Shown piece by piece: positions 60,236 to 64,000 of a stretch of DNA of 64,000 nt. This DNA is from Escherichia phage SkaterBoy_Bas90. Made by a program: the position numbers and the translations under genes. The notes under the pieces are model-generated. The model was not told where the DNA came from. It searched no databases and saw only the letters and a list, made by a program, of their open reading frames with translations. The stretch lies in the sequence record PQ850626.1. One strand, written 5' to 3'. Every line of letters begins with the position of its first letter. Within the stretch, counting starts at the first letter, position 1.

Positions 60236-60476
60236 TCAGACCATGATTAAGCAGGTTAGCCAGCGACAAATCACCGTCAATATAGATTGATCTGAAATCA
60301 TCGCGGGTAATTTCGAAATCAGCAAAGGCTAGCCAATCTTTAAGAGGCTGATATTCCATCCTGCAAAAAGTGATAACAGGCAAGATTATCTGACCATCAA
60401 GTGTATTAAACAGGATAGAGCTTCCACCAACAAAACAAGAAAAGCCATTAGATAACTTAATTTCTTTGATAGCCAT
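60210..60476 (-). CDS. hypothetical protein
   Basis: 88-aa ORF overlapping the downstream gene start. Confidence 0.35.
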   Translation of the reverse strand: MAIKEIKLSNGFSCFVGGSSILFNTLDGQIILPVITFCRMEYQPLKDWLAFADFEITRDDFRSIYIDGDLSLANLLNHGLIGDDTNGK

Positions 60477-60500
60477 TTTTACACTCCCAAAATAGGTTAT

Positions 60501-61373
60501 TTACTTACTAGCCTTAATGCAGTTGGCTAAATTAACGTGAACGGTATAAACAGCGTTATCAGCGTTATTATAAACGGTAGTGGCGATCATCGACTCATTA
60601 ACCGGACCATAACTCACTAGATTGGTTACAGCTTTAACGTCTTCGTAACGTTGTACAGTGCCAAATGTAACCATATCCGAGTCACTATCGGTGCGCTTGA
60701 GAACTAGATCATTGTTAGGCTGATTGTCTAGTGTCTTAGACTGAAAGAGAACGCCATCATTAGTTACGTTGCTAAACTTCATTTTTAATACAATAGTATT
60801 GCCGTCACTATCCGCACCGTTGCAAATCATCCAACCTTTATTGATGGAACTAGCGAAAACATCAGCGGCATTAGTTGCAGGAGCAGGGCCAGCGATAGCC
60901 TTATCAGAAAGAGATGTGACCAGTGCACTAACACCAATAGCTGCAACCAGTGCATAACTTGCCAGATTAACAGACTTCATAATCTTACTTGCAACAGTGG
61001 GCTTGATTGGCTGTTTCTTGTTTTTCTTGTTCCATGCTTCAACCATGACAGACAAGCGGGATAATTCAGCTTTCACATCACGGCATGACTCAGGCCAATC
61101 CTTCTGATTCCAGCTATCTAAATTTGCCTGAATGTAACAGTTGATAGCGTCCTGCATATCGGTAAAACCGTTCTCTTTGAACGTGCTTTCATCTTCACAC
61201 TGTAAAGCGTTCGCAGTAGAATTGATGATTAAGCAAGCCAGCATTACAGAGTTTTTGAATCCTTTACGTGCACTTTCGTTTTCCATCCACGCATCAGGAC
61301 TACCAACAGTTAAGCCTAAAGAGGAAAGGCTTTCGTTTGCTTTATTCAAGTGGTTAATCGCTACTTTAGACAT
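60501..61373 (-). CDS. hypothetical protein with a central hydrophobic segment
   Basis: 290-aa ORF; helical N-terminal domain, SYALVAAIGVSALVTSL segment, Asn/Thr/Val-rich C-terminal domain. Confidence 0.4.
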   Translation of the reverse strand: MSKVAINHLNKANESLSSLGLTVGSPDAWMENESARKGFKNSVMLACLIINSTANALQCEDESTFKENGFTDMQDAINCYIQANLDSWNQKDWPESCRDVKAELSRLSVMVEAWNKKNKKQPIKPTVASKIMKSVNLASYALVAAIGVSALVTSLSDKAIAGPAPATNAADVFASSINKGWMICNGADSDGNTIVLKMKFSNVTNDGVLFQSKTLDNQPNNDLVLKRTDSDSDMVTFGTVQRYEDVKAVTNLVSYGPVNESMIATTVYNNADNAVYTVHVNLANCIKASK

Positions 61374-61559
61374 TTGATATTCCTTATGGTTGATGAAAAC
61401 TACAAACTACAATCGCAACTATATAATAAAGGAAAAGGCTGTCAACCGTTTATTTTCTAACTTTCTTGCATCCTACTGAAAACTAAAGGAATTTAATTTG
61501 CTAAACTTTCCATACTCAGAGAATCAGCTTACTAGATATTGTTACTTTATAACACTACG

Positions 61560-62020
61560 GGTAACAGACCAACAGACCAGGACAAACGGGGATACAACAA
61601 CCGCAGGACAGACCACGGGGAAACATGCAAGATAGTGCGGTAATAATATACCACTTAAATAATTGTATAACTCAAACATCAAAGACGTTCGCTACGCTCA
61701 CAAAGGCACGCTGAAAAAGAAAAGAATAAAAGAAATAATTAAAAGAAATACAATCATCCACTTAATTAATACATACATCATTATTGCACTCATAATAACA
61801 ACTATTGAAACTATTTACATTCAAACTATGGGGGATGGGATGGTTACTATACGGTATTATTAACCCTCTTATGGTAGTGCCTGTACTAGTTTATACAGTG
61901 CTGGCCTTTCTCTCACTCAGTAAAGGGGAACTAAATAAACGGGTAGATAATGTATTGGGTAGTATACACGGGGGAATAATTACGGGGAGTAGGCACGGGG
62001 AAAGGTGAAACGTTGAAAGG
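61560..62020. promoter_or_regulatory. divergent intergenic control region with iteron-like ACGGGGA repeats
   Basis: ACGGGGA at about 61586, 61616, 61969, 61992, 62006; CAGGACA(A/G)ACC repeats; a TAATGTATT variant at 61948..61956; lies between leftward and rightward genes. Confidence 0.45.
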
Positions 62021-62155
62021 GAAGGTAAAGGCATTGCCAATAACCCTTTTTTAAATGAGGACTCCCCCCTTTTTAGGAAACGCGCGGGAAGCGGCTAGCC
62101 CCATTCGGTCAAATCAGAATTTTAAACTCTTATATATAAGGTTGAAAGAGAACTT

Positions 62156-62320
62156 ATGTGGAAAATTAAGTTAATCATTAAGCAATTCAAATGTGATCAT
62201 GAGTACTATCGGATACGCAAAGCTTACGGGGATGAAAGAGTTCACACCCTTTATAAGTCCACTTGGAGATGTAGTAAATGTGGAAAGCTTAAACACAGCA
62301 CATGGATGGATAGGCCTTAA
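62156..62320 (+). CDS. small zinc-ribbon protein (54 aa; not in the ORF track)
   Basis: ATG at 62156 behind a GAAAGAG RBS; MWKIKLIIKQFKCDHEYY...RCSKCGK... with a C-H/C-C pattern; overlaps track ORF 62193..62498 in another frame. Confidence 0.35.
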   Translation: MWKIKLIIKQFKCDHEYYRIRKAYGDERVHTLYKSTWRCSKCGKLKHSTWMDRP

Positions 62321-62521
62321 CGTGACATGGCCTTTACGGGTATGTCTTATGATGTGCCCTTTATACTTTTATTCAGAGGATAAGAATATGAGGTTTTTAA
62401 AAGAACTACACTCCTTGATTTATAAGGACATAGTGTACTCAGTATCCCGCAATGCATGGTTCTACCAAAAAGGTGGCAACGGTGAATGGGTAGATTGAAT
62501 CTTATTCAGAGGAGATGAATT

Positions 62522-62776
62522 ATGAATTTAGTATTAGACTTTTTATCAGAGATGGTGCCTCGGTTCAGAACGGAGACATACGCTTTCGTAATCAACAGTG
62601 ACTCTGAAGAAGAGATGGAAGCTACATGCTTAGGTCGACTTGTTGACTTAGATGATGAAACAGATTTCGATATTACAATTGATGTGAGTAGCTTAGGTTG
62701 GCTCTTCTTCAGAGCATTCCGCACTTACAAAGTAGAAACATACAAAGATTACAGCAAGGGAGAGACAGATGAATAA
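62522..62776 (+). CDS. hypothetical acidic protein
   Basis: 84-aa ORF with GAGGAG RBS. Confidence 0.4.
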   Translation: MNLVLDFLSEMVPRFRTETYAFVINSDSEEEMEATCLGRLVDLDDETDFDITIDVSSLGWLFFRAFRTYKVETYKDYSKGETDE

Positions 62777-63401
62777 TTTAATCAAAGCGATGGACCTTAA
62801 CGAGTATAATTCACAGCTGTGTCGCTCTGGCTGTAGCTTACAGAATTTAGAAACTATGGGAAATGTTTCAGGACTGGCTGTACAAGATTTATATAGTGGA
62901 AGTATTCTTAAACCAACTATTACGGAGAAGAAAGATATGATGAGTTTAGTAGAACAATACCGTGGACTTCAAGTCGGTACTATTGGTGATAAATATGAGA
63001 ACTATTACAAAGATCGATCAAAAGTACTTGAAGAAGTTGCACGGGCTAAGCCTTCTACTCTGGAAGTAGTTGAATACGAATCTACTAAACATGATCACCT
63101 CCCTGACTATGCTCGTGCAATGATTGAGATGATTGAAGAAGCTGAATATGAAATGCTCCATGATTACATTACCTCCAAAGATGAATGGCATCGTGATGTT
63201 CGAATCGAAGAGGATGGTACAGAAACAATTACGTGGATTCACAAGAGTGAGCTAGTAGACGACGCACTGCGAGACTACGAAAAATTTTTGGTCGACGGCT
63301 CTATTGTTTTAGAGGAAGAGAAGGGTGCAGAACTTCCGTGGGAAGGTGAGACGATTGCTTTAGGTAAGATGTTCAACCTGTCCGTTGGTGATTGTAAGTA
63401 A
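62769..63401 (+). CDS. hypothetical protein
   Basis: 210-aa ORF overlapping the previous stop; followed by a terminator. Confidence 0.4.
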   Translation: MNNLIKAMDLNEYNSQLCRSGCSLQNLETMGNVSGLAVQDLYSGSILKPTITEKKDMMSLVEQYRGLQVGTIGDKYENYYKDRSKVLEEVARAKPSTLEVVEYESTKHDHLPDYARAMIEMIEEAEYEMLHDYITSKDEWHRDVRIEEDGTETITWIHKSELVDDALRDYEKFLVDGSIVLEEEKGAELPWEGETIALGKMFNLSVGDCK

Positions 63402-63402
63402 T

Positions 63403-63432
63403 GTTTGCCTCCCTTGGGAGGCTTTTTGTGTT
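63403..63432 (+). terminator. rho-independent terminator
   Basis: GCCTCCCTTGGGAGGC hairpin followed by TTTTTGTG. Confidence 0.55.
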
Positions 63433-63457
63433 GTTGATAATGTAGAAGGAGTATAAA

Positions 63458-63931
63458 ATGTTTGGAGAAAACGGAGAACTCACGCCTGCACAGGTAGCTG
63501 AGATTACAGGAAGATTACCCGGAGTAACGGAAGAACTTGAAGGCCGTGGTATGAACCCAAGCAATGGGAAGTTTCAAAAGGGAAATAAATTCGGACGACC
63601 CAGAGGTAGTAGAGGTAAACTGACACAATTAATGTTGGACCGTGTTGCTGCAAGTCATTTGTCTCCTGATGAAGTGTTAATTCAAATTTACGAAGATCCT
63701 AATATTCCACCTGATCTTAGATTCAAGGCTGCATCAAAAGTTGCAGATCTGGTATATCCTAAGGCGGCCTCTGTTGAAGTTAAGATTGAGGAAGAGAATG
63801 TAATCAACGAAGAATCATTGAATGCACAAATCAAGGACTTCTTGACTGGAGCACTTGGTATCGACGTTATGCCTCCAGAAGAAGACAACTCTGAGGACGC
63901 TGAAAAGGGGGAGGAAGCGGACGAGAGTTAA
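63458..63931 (+). CDS. possible small terminase subunit (DNA-binding)
   Basis: N-terminal ...NGKFQKGNKFGRPRGSRGK... resembles the GN-x-NA-x-G-x-GRP motif of some small terminase families; AAGGAG RBS; acidic C-terminus; a TAATGTAGA variant about 15 nt upstream. Confidence 0.3.
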   Translation: MFGENGELTPAQVAEITGRLPGVTEELEGRGMNPSNGKFQKGNKFGRPRGSRGKLTQLMLDRVAASHLSPDEVLIQIYEDPNIPPDLRFKAASKVADLVYPKAASVEVKIEEENVINEESLNAQIKDFLTGALGIDVMPPEEDNSEDAEKGEEADES

Positions 63932-64000
63932 GTAAAGGAAAGAAGGGGAGGTTCTTTGACGAAGGGACTTTCCCTTTTCTATTTTTAAACTGGAGGAAGT

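Noticed and set aside
61663-61863. Track ORF of 66 aa (MYNSNIKD...IIIALIITTIETIYIQ)
   Set aside because: Very AT-rich low-complexity translation in the iteron-containing intergenic region, with no RBS; more likely non-coding.
62193-62498. Track ORF of 101 aa as a single gene
   Set aside because: Its 5' half overlaps, in another frame, a more protein-like zinc-ribbon ORF with a better RBS (62156..62320); only the 3' end (MRFLKELHSL..., from about 62387) has its own RBS. The track ORF is probably a composite.

Overview
The window reads as about 64 kb of a virulent, tailed dsDNA phage genome with a podovirus-like layout; no integrase, rRNA or CRISPR array was found. Three transcriptional blocks are visible. 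(1) Nt 1-14640, + strand: late/virion genes (tail-fibre-like proteins with Ig-like repeats, an SLT lytic transglycosylase, Gln/Asn-rich virion proteins, a ~1470-aa internal virion protein), closed by rho-independent terminators. (2) Nt 15000-61373, - strand: a long early/middle block with an HNH endonuclease, FEN-type 5'-3' exonuclease, a phage sigma-70-family factor, macro-domain and SLOG-like proteins, an overlapped i-/o-spanin pair, gp2.5-like SSB, a family A DNA polymerase split into a polymerase gene and a distant DEDD exonuclease gene, PhoH, ThyX, thioredoxin, Dps-like protein, dCTP deaminase, a CCA-adding-type nucleotidyltransferase, T7 gp4-like primase-helicase, one tRNA-Arg(UCU) plus a tRNA-like fragment, and several expanded families of small paralogous proteins. 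(3) Nt 62150-63931, + strand: small genes and a possible small terminase subunit. A phage sigma factor together with recurring TAATGTATA motifs is reminiscent of phiEco32-like phages; this is recalled from memory, not searched. The most interesting candidates are: a GAT-II / two amidoligase / ATP-grasp / GGCT cluster (36.6-46.0 kb) whose GAT-II gene appears to start at an AUU codon; a terminator-flanked collagen-repeat protein with a YadA-like anchor; a ~1.9 kb ORF-poor, repeat-rich region downstream of a late-type promoter motif; a macro-domain/SLOG pair; and a ~10-member family of ~80-aa proteins. All functions are inferred from motifs read by eye; no database search was possible. Many ORFs under 60 aa (several Cys-rich zinc-ribbon-like) are not in the track and are only partly listed.
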